Origin: Faecousia sp.
Lineage (GTDB): Bacteria; Bacillota; Clostridia; Oscillospirales; Oscillospiraceae
NCBI GenBank assembly: GCA_045540035.1
Contig: JAZQGL010000003.1
Span: 492-64,491 of the forward strand
Direction of reading: 5' to 3'
Length of the DNA stretch: 64,000 nt
This document shows positions 48,117 through 57,926 of the stretch, in pieces. Below the pieces are notes generated by a model. That model made no database searches. It was not told where the DNA came from and worked only from the letters and a program-made list of their open reading frames with translations. The translations under genes were made by a program, and so were the position numbers. How positions within the stretch are numbered: position 1 is the stretch's first letter; every line of letters starts with the position of its first letter.

Positions 48117-49565
48117 TTACATATGTTCCCGCATACGGGTAAACAGTTCCATATATTTCTGGGCAGGTTTATCCCAACTGAAGTCCTGCTCCATACAGCG
48201 CTTCTGCAGGGCTGCAAAGCCCTCCCGGTTGCCGGTGTACAGATCCAGACAGCGGCACAGCGCGCCGTAGAAATCGTCGGCATTGTAACTTTCAAAGGTA
48301 AAGCCCAGACCGCCCTGACCGTTTTCGTCAGCCGGGGGAACGGTATCCTTCAGACCGCCGGTGGCGTGGACCACGGGAACTGTGCCGTAACGCATCGCGT
48401 TCATCTGGCTCAGACCGCAGGGCTCGGACTTGGACGGCATCAGATAGATATCGCCGCCGGCATAGATCCGGGCGGCCAGACCAAGATCGAAGGTGATCTT
48501 AGCCGCCACACGGTCCGGGAATTCCCGTGCCAGTTCCCGGAAGAATTCTTCAAACTTGCTTTCACCCGTACCCAGAATCAGCAGTTGGCAATCCTTTTCC
48601 CAAAGGAGTCTGCGGGCGATGTAGCACAGAAGGTCCAGACCCTTATGCCCTGCCAGACGGGTAACCATAACCAACAAAGGCGTGTCTGCCTTTTGGGGAA
48701 GACCCACTTCCTGCTGCAGCGCCGCCTTACAGACAGCCTTGCCCTGGGCAAAGTTTTCTGCGTTGTAGTGGGCAGGCAGTGCCGGGTCGGTGTCCGGGTT
48801 GAAGGTGTTTACATCGATGCCGTTGGTAATGCCGGTGAGTTTCCAGGCGGCATTGGACAAAATACCGTCCAGACCGTGGGCATAGTAAGGATACATCAGT
48901 TGCCGGGAGTAAGTCTCCGACACGGTGGTGACCAGGTGCGCCGTCTCGATGGCTCCCTTCATCATATTCACCGCGCCGCCTAAGTCCAGACAAGCCCGGT
49001 ACTCCCAGGGCAGCGACAGCACATCGTCGAAAAATTCGCCGCTTGCCCAGCCCTGATATTCCACATTGTGAATGGTGAACATACACTTTGTGCCGTGGAA
49101 GAAGGGGTGGTACTGAGATGCCAGGAAGGTAGGCACCAGGGCAGTCTGCCAGTCGTTGCACTGGATCACATCGGGGATATAATCCAGCGCCACCAGCGCA
49201 TCCAGACAAGCCTTGGAGAAGAAGGCGTACCGCTCGCCGTCATCCATATCGCCGTAGATCGGACCGCCACGGCCACCGAAATAGTACATATTATCCAGGA
49301 AGTAGACCTGCACGCCGTCGGCGCGGTTTTTCAGGCGCATCACGCCGCAGTACTGCTGACGCCAGCCCAAAGACACATAGAACTGTGCCACCTGCTCTAC
49401 TTCATACTTGGGGTTTTGCTTGATCTTCTGATAGTAAGGCAGCATCAGGACCACCTGATTGCCCTCCAGCCGCTGCAGCGCAGCAGGAAGCGCCTCCATC
49501 ACATCGCCCAGACCGCCGGACTTGGCATAAGGCGCAGCCTCAGAAGCCAAAAGGGCTATTTTCAT
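48117..49565 (-). CDS. glgA: Glycogen synthase
   Basis: KSGGLGDV, NDWQ, TIHN, NGID, PSKSEPCGLSQM. Confidence 0.95.
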   Translation of the reverse strand: MKIALLASEAAPYAKSGGLGDVMEALPAALQRLEGNQVVLMLPYYQKIKQNPKYEVEQVAQFYVSLGWRQQYCGVMRLKNRADGVQVYFLDNMYYFGGRGGPIYGDMDDGERYAFFSKACLDALVALDYIPDVIQCNDWQTALVPTFLASQYHPFFHGTKCMFTIHNVEYQGWASGEFFDDVLSLPWEYRACLDLGGAVNMMKGAIETAHLVTTVSETYSRQLMYPYYAHGLDGILSNAAWKLTGITNGIDVNTFNPDTDPALPAHYNAENFAQGKAVCKAALQQEVGLPQKADTPLLVMVTRLAGHKGLDLLCYIARRLLWEKDCQLLILGTGESKFEEFFRELAREFPDRVAAKITFDLGLAARIYAGGDIYLMPSKSEPCGLSQMNAMRYGTVPVVHATGGLKDTVPPADENGQGGLGFTFESYNADDFYGALCRCLDLYTGNREGFAALQKRCMEQDFSWDKPAQKYMELFTRMREHM

Positions 49566-50674
49566 ACCACTTCACCTCGTTTGATGAACACGGGGTTGGC
49601 AGGTGTACCGATGAGTTTGGAGCCGGGACGGACCGTAACATCCTTGTCCAGGATCACATAGCGCAGTTCGCAGTTTTCACCGATGACAGCATCGTTCATA
49701 ATTACGCTGTTTTCCACCACTGCAGTGGGGTAAACGGTGACCTGACGGAACAGAACGGAATTTCTCACCGTACCGCCCAGCATACAGCCGTCTGCCACGG
49801 AGCAGTTTTCAATGCTGCAGTTTTCGCCGTAGAAAGTAGGCACACGGTCACGGACCTTGGTGTAGACCGGATGGTTGCCGCCGAACAGATCCTGACGGAC
49901 CTCCTTGTCCACCAGAGAGAGGCTGTTGGCAAAGTACTCTTCCACAGACTCGTTGTACATAGCAAGACCGTTAAAGGAATAGACATTGACGGTGGCTTCG
50001 CCCTTCTGCCACAGACCCATTACCAGATCCCGGTCCATATGATACAGATTGTGGGCGATATGTTCCTTCACCTGACGGATCAGCCAGGCGGTACTCAGCA
50101 CGAAGATGTCCATAGAGGCTTCGTAGTCGGGCGCTGCGGCGTAGTCCACCACCATATCGGCGATCTGACCGTCCTTGCCCAGTTTGACAGCCAGGTCCAG
50201 TTTCTTATTGCCGTCGGCAATGCCGGCCTTGGTGACCACGGTGATGTCCTTACCGCTGGCGATATGCGCGTCCAGCACAGCCTTGATGTCGATATTGCAC
50301 AGAACCGCAGAGTCGATCATCACAACATAATCGTCCTCGGGGCTGTAATTCAGGAAGGACATGGCGGCGTGCAAACTTTCCAGTTTGCCACGGTAGTCAG
50401 AAGTCTTGGAAGAGGAGAAGGGCGTCAGATACTCAAGACCGCCTTCTTCCATCTCTAAGCCCCACTCTTCGCCGGAACCTACGTGGTTCATCAGGCTCTG
50501 ATAACTGTGACGGGTAACGATGCCCACACGGCGGATGCCGGCGCAGGCCAGATTGGACAGGGCAAAGTCTACCTGACGGTAGCGGCCGCCAAAGGGAAGG
50601 CTTGCCATAGTACGCTGGGCAGTCAGTTCGCCCAGGGAGCCGTCATTTGCAAAAATAATACCGGTTACATTCAT
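49562..50674 (-). CDS. glgD: Glucose-1-phosphate adenylyltransferase subunit GlgD
   Basis: ASLPFGGRYRQVDF, HVGSG; lies between glgC and glgA. Confidence 0.92.
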   Translation of the reverse strand: MNVTGIIFANDGSLGELTAQRTMASLPFGGRYRQVDFALSNLACAGIRRVGIVTRHSYQSLMNHVGSGEEWGLEMEEGGLEYLTPFSSSKTSDYRGKLESLHAAMSFLNYSPEDDYVVMIDSAVLCNIDIKAVLDAHIASGKDITVVTKAGIADGNKKLDLAVKLGKDGQIADMVVDYAAAPDYEASMDIFVLSTAWLIRQVKEHIAHNLYHMDRDLVMGLWQKGEATVNVYSFNGLAMYNESVEEYFANSLSLVDKEVRQDLFGGNHPVYTKVRDRVPTFYGENCSIENCSVADGCMLGGTVRNSVLFRQVTVYPTAVVENSVIMNDAVIGENCELRYVILDKDVTVRPGSKLIGTPANPVFIKRGEVV

Positions 50675-50687
50675 TGCCTTACCCTCC

Positions 50688-51878
50688 TTACAGCATTTCG
50701 CCGGGCAGCAGCACGGCGTTGGCCTCTACCACAGAATTCTTGCTGGTAACGCTGATTTTCTTCTTCTCTCCGGGACCGTATGCGCCGCCGATGACAGCGC
50801 CCCGGCAGACCTTGCTGCCCTCGCCCAGAATGGCGTGACGGACAATGGCGCCGGACTCAATGGTGACACCGGGCATTACCACGCTGTCTTCTACCAGCGC
50901 GCCTTCGCCGACGGTACAGCCAGTGGAAATAATGCTGTGACGGACCGTGCCGTAGACTTCACTGCCTTCGGCGATGAAGCAGTTAACGGTCTTTGCGCCG
51001 CCGTCGATATAAGAGGAGGGCAGAGCGCTGTTACGGGCGTAGATCTTGAACTTTTCATCGCCGCGGATGTTAAACGCCGGATCTTTGCCCAGCAGTTCCA
51101 TATTGGCTTCCCACAGAGAGTCGATGGTTCCCACATCTTTCCAGTAGCCGTTGAAGGTGTAAGCCATCAGTTTGTGACCGGCGCCCAGCAGGTTGGGAAT
51201 GATGTTCTTGCCGAAGTCATTGGAAGAGTTGGGGTCTTCCTCGTCCTCAATGAGGAACTTGCGCAGAATGTCCCAGTTGAACACGTAAATACCCATAGAG
51301 GCATTGGTGGACTTGGGCTTGGCGGGCTTTTCCTCAAACTCGTAGATCGAGCCGTCGGGGTTGGTGTTCAGAATGCCGAAACGGCTGGCCTCCTCCAGCG
51401 GTACATCACGGACCGCGATGGTGCAGGCAGCGCCGTTATGCTCGTGGAAATCCACCATCTGGGCGTAATCCATTTTATAGATATGGTCGCCGGACAGCAC
51501 CACCACATACTTGGGGTTGTAACGGTCGATGAAGTCGATGTTCTGATAAATGGCGTTGGCTGTGCCTTTATACCAGCCGCTCTTCTTGTCGTGGCGCTCG
51601 TAAGGGGGCAGAACCTGGGCATTGGCCTGGGACTTGTTCAGACCCCAGGGCTGACCGTTGCCGATATATTCATTCAGTTCCAACGGCTGATACTGGGTCA
51701 GGATACCCACGGTATCGATGCCGGAATTGACACAGTTGGACAGAGGGAAATCGATAATGCGATATTTCCCGCCGAAAGGAACGGCAGGCTTGGCAGTCTT
51801 CTCCGTCAGCACCTTCAGACGGCTGCCCTGACCACCTGCCAAAAGCATTGCGATGCAGCGTTTTTTCTGGAAATACAT
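50688..51878 (-). CDS. glgC: Glucose-1-phosphate adenylyltransferase
   Basis: [42 protein letters not shown]. Confidence 0.96.
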   Translation of the reverse strand: MYFQKKRCIAMLLAGGQGSRLKVLTEKTAKPAVPFGGKYRIIDFPLSNCVNSGIDTVGILTQYQPLELNEYIGNGQPWGLNKSQANAQVLPPYERHDKKSGWYKGTANAIYQNIDFIDRYNPKYVVVLSGDHIYKMDYAQMVDFHEHNGAACTIAVRDVPLEEASRFGILNTNPDGSIYEFEEKPAKPKSTNASMGIYVFNWDILRKFLIEDEEDPNSSNDFGKNIIPNLLGAGHKLMAYTFNGYWKDVGTIDSLWEANMELLGKDPAFNIRGDEKFKIYARNSALPSSYIDGGAKTVNCFIAEGSEVYGTVRHSIISTGCTVGEGALVEDSVVMPGVTIESGAIVRHAILGEGSKVCRGAVIGGAYGPGEKKKISVTSKNSVVEANAVLLPGEML

Positions 51879-52173
51879 AATCACAACTCCTTATGTATAA
51901 AAATGATTTACATTGGATCTACATTCATTTTAGGGGGCGAATTTCCCCACGCATACCATATCATATTTTTCCTGCGAATGAAAGGGACATTTTTGCTAAA
52001 GTTTTAGACAAAAATATGGCAAAATCACCAAAGCCCACCGCCACGCCTGCAAATTCGCTCAGCAATTCGACAAACCGGAGGATTATCGAACTGCGCCGTT
52101 GGCAGAGGTGTTTTTGTCCGGCGGGTTCAAGACTCCGCCCTGCATTAAACTGTTCGATAATCAGGGAATTTAT

Positions 52174-52202
52174 TTGACAAATTCTGGTTTTAGGCGTAGA
52201 AT
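52174..52202 (+). promoter_or_regulatory. Sigma-A promoter for the LRR-dockerin gene
   Basis: TTGACA-17bp-TAGAAT. Confidence 0.7.
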
Positions 52203-52236
52203 AGACCCATCATATAAATTTTAGGAGGAAACAGCA

Positions 52237-53025
52237 ATGAACACTCTGAAAAAAGTAATCCCTATGCTTCTGCTGGCACTGGTGCTGGTAGCAGGCATCA
52301 CTCTGCTGGGCCCTGAGGCTCTGGCAACCGAGTCCGACATCTTCGTTGACGATTATGTCTACGGCGGCGAAGAACCCCTGGTGATCGATGTCGTATACGG
52401 TCAGGCTGTCGTGCTCAGTTGCGACTGGACTGTAAGCGATGTCTACATTCCCCACACCTTTGACGGCTATCCCGTTGCCGAGATCGCTCACTCTGCATTT
52501 GCGTGGTGTGAGTTCCTGGAGGGCGTCAACATCCCCGACAGCGTCTATCACATTGGACCCTACGCTTTTCACGGTTGCGCCAAACTTCAGAGCATCGCTC
52601 TGCCCGAGGGCATCTACGCTGTTTATTGCAACACCTTCGCCGGCTGCAGCAGCCTGAAGGAGATCTACATCCCCTCCACTATAGAATTCATTGAAGATAA
52701 CGCATTTGCCGGCTGCAAAGGCCTGACCGATGTGTACTTCAACGGCACCAAGGCTGAATGGGATCAGATCGATAAATCTCCTGCCGGCAACGAGGCGCTG
52801 GAGAACGCTTACATCCACTTTGTCGGCGGCTCTGTCACCGGCGACCTGGACGGCGACGACAGCATCAACAACAGCGACGTTGTCCTGCTGCTGTGGCACG
52901 TTCTGTTCCCCAACGATTATCCCATCTCCGGCAATGTTGACATCAACCGCGACGGCAGCGTCAACAACAACGACGTCGTTCTGCTGCTGTGGCACACCCT
53001 GTTCCCTGAGGATTACCCCATCTAA
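52237..53025 (+). CDS. Secreted BspA-type leucine-rich-repeat protein with C-terminal dockerin
   Basis: Signal peptide; IPDSVYHIGPYAFHGCAKL-type LRRs; dockerin GDLDGDDSINNSDVVLLLWHVLFP...DINRDGSVNNNDVVLLLWHTLFPEDYPI. Confidence 0.85.
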   Translation: MNTLKKVIPMLLLALVLVAGITLLGPEALATESDIFVDDYVYGGEEPLVIDVVYGQAVVLSCDWTVSDVYIPHTFDGYPVAEIAHSAFAWCEFLEGVNIPDSVYHIGPYAFHGCAKLQSIALPEGIYAVYCNTFAGCSSLKEIYIPSTIEFIEDNAFAGCKGLTDVYFNGTKAEWDQIDKSPAGNEALENAYIHFVGGSVTGDLDGDDSINNSDVVLLLWHVLFPNDYPISGNVDINRDGSVNNNDVVLLLWHTLFPEDYPI

Positions 53026-53026
53026 T

Positions 53027-53057
53027 AAAAAAGCACCCCAACACGGGGTGCTTTTTT
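53027..53057 (+). terminator. Intrinsic terminator after the LRR-dockerin gene
   Basis: aaaaagcacccc-aacac-ggggtgctttttt. Confidence 0.8.
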
Positions 53058-53432
53058 AATGCAAAATGCAAAATGATAAATGCAAAATTGCGGTGTTTCT
53101 GACGCAACAAATTCCAATTTATCGATCCGTTGATTAGAGATTAGAGGATATAACGCAAAGCCTCCCTTGTAAAGGGAGGGGGACCGCGTCAGCGGTGGAG
53201 GGATTTCTTTCAACCCCTCCGCCCCCTTTGGGGGCACCTCCCCTTGCAGGGGAGGCTTTAGGCGCCGCCTTCGACGCTCCGCCTTCTGTCATTGCGAAAC
53301 CAGTCCGCAGACTGGTTGTGGCAATCTCATTGGAAACTCCCCAGTATAGGGCTGATCTGTGCGGGCGGATATGGAATCCGCCCCTACGGTGTATCACGGA
53401 CGCAACAGATTAGGATCGATAAACCGAATTTG
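53058..53432. repeat. Composite repeat cluster: heptamer left arm plus an inverted-repeat-bounded block of REP-like palindromes
   Basis: (aatgcaa/aatgata)x4; caaattccaatttatcgatcc (53108) inverted with ggatcgataaaccgaatttg (53413); internal aaagcctccc...gggaggcttt, gtcattgcgaaaccagtc-gactggtt and ...gcccctac palindromes. Confidence 0.65.
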
Positions 53433-53433
53433 A

Positions 53434-53462
53434 TTGACAAGTTACGGGTTTGGGAATAAAAT
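53434..53462 (+). promoter_or_regulatory. Sigma-A promoter for mgtE
   Basis: TTGACA-17bp-TAAAAT. Confidence 0.75.
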
Positions 53463-53468
53463 AAACAT

Positions 53469-53699
53469 AATAGGCTCTGGGGATTCGAACCACAATAGCC
53501 TAACAAAGGAGGGAAAATAATGGACGCAGGCAGTAGTGGCAATTTACCGGACCGAGCGTGCCAGCCAAAAATAACACAGATTCTGCCGTTCTGAGCAGAT
53601 GCAGCAGGCAAACGGTGCCTTTGCTCAGAGCGACAGAGTCTTGCCGGTACGCAACCGATATCTTGCCTCATTTCACTATAAAAATGAGGAGGAAAAACC
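53469..53699 (+). promoter_or_regulatory. Structured mgtE 5' leader with a 24-codon uORF (53520-53594)
   Basis: RBS AAAGGAGG before ATG 53520; long hairpin at ~53579-53640; cctcattt/aaatgagg stem covers the mgtE RBS. Confidence 0.5.
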
Positions 53700-55076
53700 G
53701 TGAGTGAACGCTTTGAAATCGTAGAAAAAGCGCTGATCGGAATGCTTAGCGACAAGAAATACAAGACCCTGCGGGACATTCTTGTGACTATGAATCCGGC
53801 AGACATTGCGGCGGTATTCTCCGATCTGGACGCGCAGCAGATCCCTCTGCTGTTCCGTCTTCTTCCCAAGGAGATGGCCGCTGACACCTTTGTGGAAATG
53901 GAACCGGATGCCCAGGAGATCCTGATCCGGGGCTTTTCCGACAACGAACTGAAAGAGATCGTAGACGAACTGTATGCCGACGACGCCGCCGAACTGGTGG
54001 AGGAAATGCCCGCCAATGTGGTCAAGCGTATTTTGCGGCAGGCAGACCCGGAGATGCGCCGGTCTATCAATCAGATCCTGCGCTACCCGGAAAACTCCGC
54101 CGGCTCGATGATGACCACGGAGTATGTCTCTTTGCGCCCCCAAATGACCGTGGAGGAGAGCATCCTGCGAATCCGCCGTCAGGGTTTCGACAAAGAGACC
54201 ATCTACACCTGCTATGTCACCGAGGGCAGGAAATTGCTGGGTCTGGTGACGGTGAAGGACCTTTTGCTGTGTCCCGATGACGAAATGAAAGTCACCGAGA
54301 TCATGGAGACGAACCTGATCTCCGTAGGCACCCATACCGACCAGGAAGAAGTGGCGAAGATGTTCGCCAAGTACAGTTTCCTTGCGCTGCCGGTGGTAGA
54401 CAACGAAAACCGGATGGTGGGTATCGTCACCTTTGACGATGCTATGGAGGTCCTGGAAGAAGAGGTCACGGAGGATATGGAGATCATGGGCGGTATGTTG
54501 CCGTCGGAAAAGACATATCTGAAAAGTTCCGTGTTCCATCTGTTTAAAAACCGTATCCCCTGGCTGCTGCTATTGATGGTATCCGCCACATTTACAGGAA
54601 TGATCATCACATCTTTTGAGAGCGCTCTGGCTGCCCAGGCAGCGCTGATCGCCTTTATCCCTATGCTGATGGGTACCGGCGGTAACTCCGGCTCTCAGTC
54701 CTCTGTTACGGTGATCCGCGCATTGAGTCTGAACGAACTGCACCTGGACGATCTTGCCAGGGTTCTGTGGAAAGAGATCCGCACAGCGGTGCTTTGCGGC
54801 GCGGCGCTGGCCGTCGTGTGTTTCGTCAAGATCTGGCTGGTGGACCGGCTGCTGCTGGGCAACACCGATATCACCCTGATGATCAACGCGGTGGTTTGCC
54901 TTGCGCTGTTCGTTACGGTGCTGGCGGCAAAACTGGTAGGCGCTGCCCTGCCGCTGTTCGCCAAGGCGCTGAACCTGGACCCTGCCGTAATGGCAAGTCC
55001 CTTTATCACATCCATCGTAGACGCACTGTCTTTGTTGGTATATTTCTTATTTGCCCGGCTGCTGTTGGGCGTTTAA
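53700..55076 (+). CDS. mgtE: Magnesium transporter MgtE
   Basis: N-domain, CBS pair (SAGSMMTTEY, LALPVVD), TM motifs RIPWLL, GTGGNSGSQ, DPAVMASPFITSIVD. Confidence 0.95.
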   Translation: MSERFEIVEKALIGMLSDKKYKTLRDILVTMNPADIAAVFSDLDAQQIPLLFRLLPKEMAADTFVEMEPDAQEILIRGFSDNELKEIVDELYADDAAELVEEMPANVVKRILRQADPEMRRSINQILRYPENSAGSMMTTEYVSLRPQMTVEESILRIRRQGFDKETIYTCYVTEGRKLLGLVTVKDLLLCPDDEMKVTEIMETNLISVGTHTDQEEVAKMFAKYSFLALPVVDNENRMVGIVTFDDAMEVLEEEVTEDMEIMGGMLPSEKTYLKSSVFHLFKNRIPWLLLLMVSATFTGMIITSFESALAAQAALIAFIPMLMGTGGNSGSQSSVTVIRALSLNELHLDDLARVLWKEIRTAVLCGAALAVVCFVKIWLVDRLLLGNTDITLMINAVVCLALFVTVLAAKLVGAALPLFAKALNLDPAVMASPFITSIVDALSLLVYFLFARLLLGV

Positions 55077-55089
55077 AGGAGAAAATATT

Positions 55090-55374
55090 ATGAAGAAAAT
55101 CATTGCATTTGTATTGGTACTGACTCTGGCGCTGGGTCTGCTGGCAGGCTGCGGCAATAAAGTCATTTCCCAGGAGCAGGCTCTGAAGATCGTGGCCAAG
55201 GATCTGGGTGTCAGCGTAGACGATCTGAGCAGCGCCCACATCCACATTGCCTCCGGCAGCGTCCCCGGCTACAGCATCTATGTCACCGTAGACGGTCATC
55301 ATTATGACTATCTGGTGGCAGCCAGCGGCGAGATCGTCAGCCACAGCGAAGTGGAGCAGAGCCATTCTCACTAA
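55090..55374 (+). CDS. Small lipoprotein, PepSY-like
   Basis: Lipobox LLAG-C; ISQEQALKIV...YDYLVAASGEIV. Confidence 0.6.
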   Translation: MKKIIAFVLVLTLALGLLAGCGNKVISQEQALKIVAKDLGVSVDDLSSAHIHIASGSVPGYSIYVTVDGHHYDYLVAASGEIVSHSEVEQSHSH

Positions 55375-55832
55375 TGGATAAGAAGGTTTATATTGCAAAA
55401 AACGCCACCGTTATCGGCGACGTTTCTCTGGGAGAAAATGTCAGCATCTGGTACGGCGCGGTGCTGCGCGGTGACAGCGGAACGATCACCCTGGGGGACA
55501 ATACCAATGTGCAGGACAACTGCGTGCTCCACGAGGCGGTGACCGTGGGCAAAGGCTGCTCCATCGGTCACGGCGCGATCCTGCACGGCTGCCGCGTCGG
55601 AGACGATTGTGTCATCGGTATGGGCGCCATTATTCTGGACGGCGCGGTGCTGGGCGATCACTGCTTAGTCGGCGCAGGCAGCGTGGTCACCGGCAAAATG
55701 AACGCCCCGGCAGGGTCACTGCTGCTGGGCAATCCCGCGCAGGTGGTCAAGCCCCTGACAAGCGCCCAGATCGACTACATCCACGCCGACGCGGAAAACT
55801 ATGTCCGTCTGGCAAAAGAACAACTGGGATAG
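55374..55832 (+). CDS. Gamma carbonic anhydrase-family hexapeptide protein
   Basis: IGDV, IWYGAVLRGD, NVQDNCVLH, IGHGAILHGC. Confidence 0.9.
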   Translation: MDKKVYIAKNATVIGDVSLGENVSIWYGAVLRGDSGTITLGDNTNVQDNCVLHEAVTVGKGCSIGHGAILHGCRVGDDCVIGMGAIILDGAVLGDHCLVGAGSVVTGKMNAPAGSLLLGNPAQVVKPLTSAQIDYIHADAENYVRLAKEQLG

Positions 55833-55872
55833 TTGCCGATTTATGAAATCGCCACCTATTTTGAAATCATAC

Positions 55873-55923
55873 GGTAGGGCGGTGTCTTGACCCCGCCGCG
55901 GCGGACCCAAGGGTCCGCCCTAC
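55873..55923. repeat. GTAG-type REP-like doublet
   Basis: gtagggcgg...ccgcc and ggcggaccc-aa-gggtccgccctac. Confidence 0.65.
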
Positions 55924-55931
55924 ATTTTCTG

Positions 55932-56003
55932 TTGCATTTATCATTTATCATTTTGCATTAAAAAAGACCGACCGGGTTATGATACATACCCAGTCGGTCT
56001 TTT
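55932..56003. terminator. Heptamer right arm followed by a bidirectional terminator
   Basis: ttgcatt-tatcatt-tatcatt-ttgcatt, then aaaaaagaccgac...gtcggtctttt. Confidence 0.65.
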
Positions 56004-56006
56004 ATT

Positions 56007-56831
56007 TCATTTTGCGGTTCTGCGTCCGGGAGCCACGGTGCGGGCCACGGCGCTGTTGGCGGTCACGGCGGTGGCAGGTGTCTGCAGTTGGGCGCTGCCG
56101 GTGTTGACCACACGGCGGGCGCACAGATAATTGTCAGCGTAATAAGAGCCATCCAGATCCGCATACTCAATGCCCCGGGAACCGGCGTGAATGATCTGGT
56201 TGTTACCGGCGTAGATGCCAACGTGGGATGCGGCGCAGGGATCCCAAGACTCCCGGAAGAAGATCAGGTCGCCTACCTGCAGACCCTCTCTGGCAACCAC
56301 AATGCCATCCTGCAACTGTTCGCTGGCGCGGCGGTGCAGAGACACGCCGTGGTTGGCAAACAGATACAGCATCAGCCCGGAGCAGTCAAAGCCGGCGGTA
56401 CCGGTGCTGCCGTAGATGTAGGGCTTGCCCAGTTGTTTCTGTGCCAGTTCCAGCAGGGAGTGGCGCATAGTCAGCGCATCGGCATAGTCCGTATATTCCA
56501 AAACGGAAGTCTCGGATGAGTGGCGCTGACAGTTTATGTAATACTTGCCGTCTTCTGTCTGACGGATCTGGGACATTGCAACATAGCCGGTCATATCGTG
56601 GCAGTCCACCTTGTAGAACGCGCCCTGACTGCTCAGCACGGTAACTTGTGTGCCGTTTTCCATCTGACCGATGACAAACGCGCCGTGGTTGGCGCCGTTG
56701 CGGACCAAAGTGGTCAGGGTCTGGGGCTTTGCCTCAGGGGCAGCCGCCACACCGGGTACGCAAGCCAGCAGACACACCAGCGTCAGGGTCAGACACAATA
56801 TTCGCATTCCCAAATTTTTCGACTTGGTCAT
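56007..56831 (-). CDS. Secreted SH3b plus NlpC/P60 cell-wall peptidase
   Basis: LGKPYIYG, FDCSGL, GDLIFF, HVGIY, IHA; start at MTKSK. Confidence 0.9.
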   Translation of the reverse strand: MTKSKNLGMRILCLTLTLVCLLACVPGVAAAPEAKPQTLTTLVRNGANHGAFVIGQMENGTQVTVLSSQGAFYKVDCHDMTGYVAMSQIRQTEDGKYYINCQRHSSETSVLEYTDYADALTMRHSLLELAQKQLGKPYIYGSTGTAGFDCSGLMLYLFANHGVSLHRRASEQLQDGIVVAREGLQVGDLIFFRESWDPCAASHVGIYAGNNQIIHAGSRGIEYADLDGSYYADNYLCARRVVNTGSAQLQTPATAVTANSAVARTVAPGRRTAK

Positions 56832-57090
56832 GATAAAATTCCTTTCAAGAGGCTCTGGGAACTCGCGTCCCAACAACCTAAAAGTTACAACCGGTTACGA
56901 ATTATAGCATAAATGTAACCACAAGTCAACCCCTTTTATATGTGCAATTTTCACAAATTCCCGCTGTTTTGCCGGTTTTGCCCCCTATTCCCCTGCCGAT
57001 GTGGAGTGTTTCTCCGGGTTTTAGCCCGGAAAATTCCCGTTGCAAGATGGTTGCATCTTGTAACGGGAGGTTGTTTTTTCGTTTTTAAAT

Positions 57091-57633
57091 TCAATTTTCC
57101 ATCTGTTTTCCCAGAAATCCGGCAATCGTTTGTGCAAGTCGCTGATCAGATTCCGCCAAAGGTTTGTCATCTTCCGCCATCAAAAGCATCACACAGCCCA
57201 TCAGGTCGCCCTGGCTCAAAATCGGCGCCGCCACCCCCAAATGGTACTTGTCAGACCCTTCGGTTGCGGGGAGCAATGTGTCGCCGGGCATATAGCGGTA
57301 GTTTTTCCGCTGCTCCATCAGCCGGTCCAGTTCCTGAGAATTGGGCTTGTCCATCAGTTCCCGCCGGGGCGCACCGGCAAGGGCGATGATGCTGTCCCGG
57401 TCCGACACCGCCGCCACGTGACCGGTATTGGCGCCGATGGCCTCACACATCTGGCTGGCAAAATCCTGCAGATCCCCCATAGGCGAATACTTGCGGAAGA
57501 TCACCCCGCCGTCCTTTTCTGTGTAGATTTCCAGCGGATCGCCCTCCCTTATGCGGAGGGTTCTCCGAATTTCCTTAGGAATCACAATTCTTCCCAAATC
57601 GTCCACTCTTCTGACAATGCCAGTAGCCTTCAT
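57091..57633 (-). CDS. spoVT: Stage V sporulation protein T (AbrB-type regulator), intact copy, 180 aa
   Basis: MKATGIVRRVDDLGRIVIPKEIRRTLRIREGDPLEIY plus C-terminal GAF-like region ending FLGKQME. Confidence 0.95.
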   Translation of the reverse strand: MKATGIVRRVDDLGRIVIPKEIRRTLRIREGDPLEIYTEKDGGVIFRKYSPMGDLQDFASQMCEAIGANTGHVAAVSDRDSIIALAGAPRRELMDKPNSQELDRLMEQRKNYRYMPGDTLLPATEGSDKYHLGVAAPILSQGDLMGCVMLLMAEDDKPLAESDQRLAQTIAGFLGKQMEN

Positions 57634-57891
57634 AATTTTTCTATCTCCTTTACAGACATCTTGTAGGGGTCGATTGAGGCACATCGACCCGCGGGCGGTC
57701 ATCGCCCTGTTGCGGTGCCCTGTGTGCGCCTTGGCGACGGTGTGCCTGCGTTGCACACAGACCGCGGCCACTCGCTCTGGTCGCTCCTCCCGCCACCGGC
57801 GGCGCTCCCATCGCTCCCCTACAATAATTTTACAAATTACGCTGTTAGTATCTGTAAACAAGCGGAGATTATACCGCAGGATTTACTTTTT
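57634..57891 (-). repeat. spoVT leader/promoter repeat copy 1 (RBS, 160-bp GTAG REP-like element, sigma-G-like promoter)
   Basis: Nearly identical to 63651-63899; minus-strand GTATA-17bp-GATACTA at 57874-57846. Confidence 0.85.
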
Positions 57892-57926
57892 AAGTTGATT
57901 GTGCTACGATAATAAAGGGTGATTTT

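Noticed and set aside
53469-53699. Canonical M-box (ykoK) riboswitch
   Set aside because: I could not find its conserved UUAGGUGAGGCUCCU or GUGCUAAAGCUC segments by eye; an Rfam scan is needed to exclude it formally.
57634-57861. N-terminally extended 256-aa SpoVT, and the small ORFs at 59226, 60269, 63541 and 63582
   Set aside because: They are translations of the non-coding REP, promoter and arm repeats; the real spoVT start is ATG 57633 after an AAGGAG RBS.
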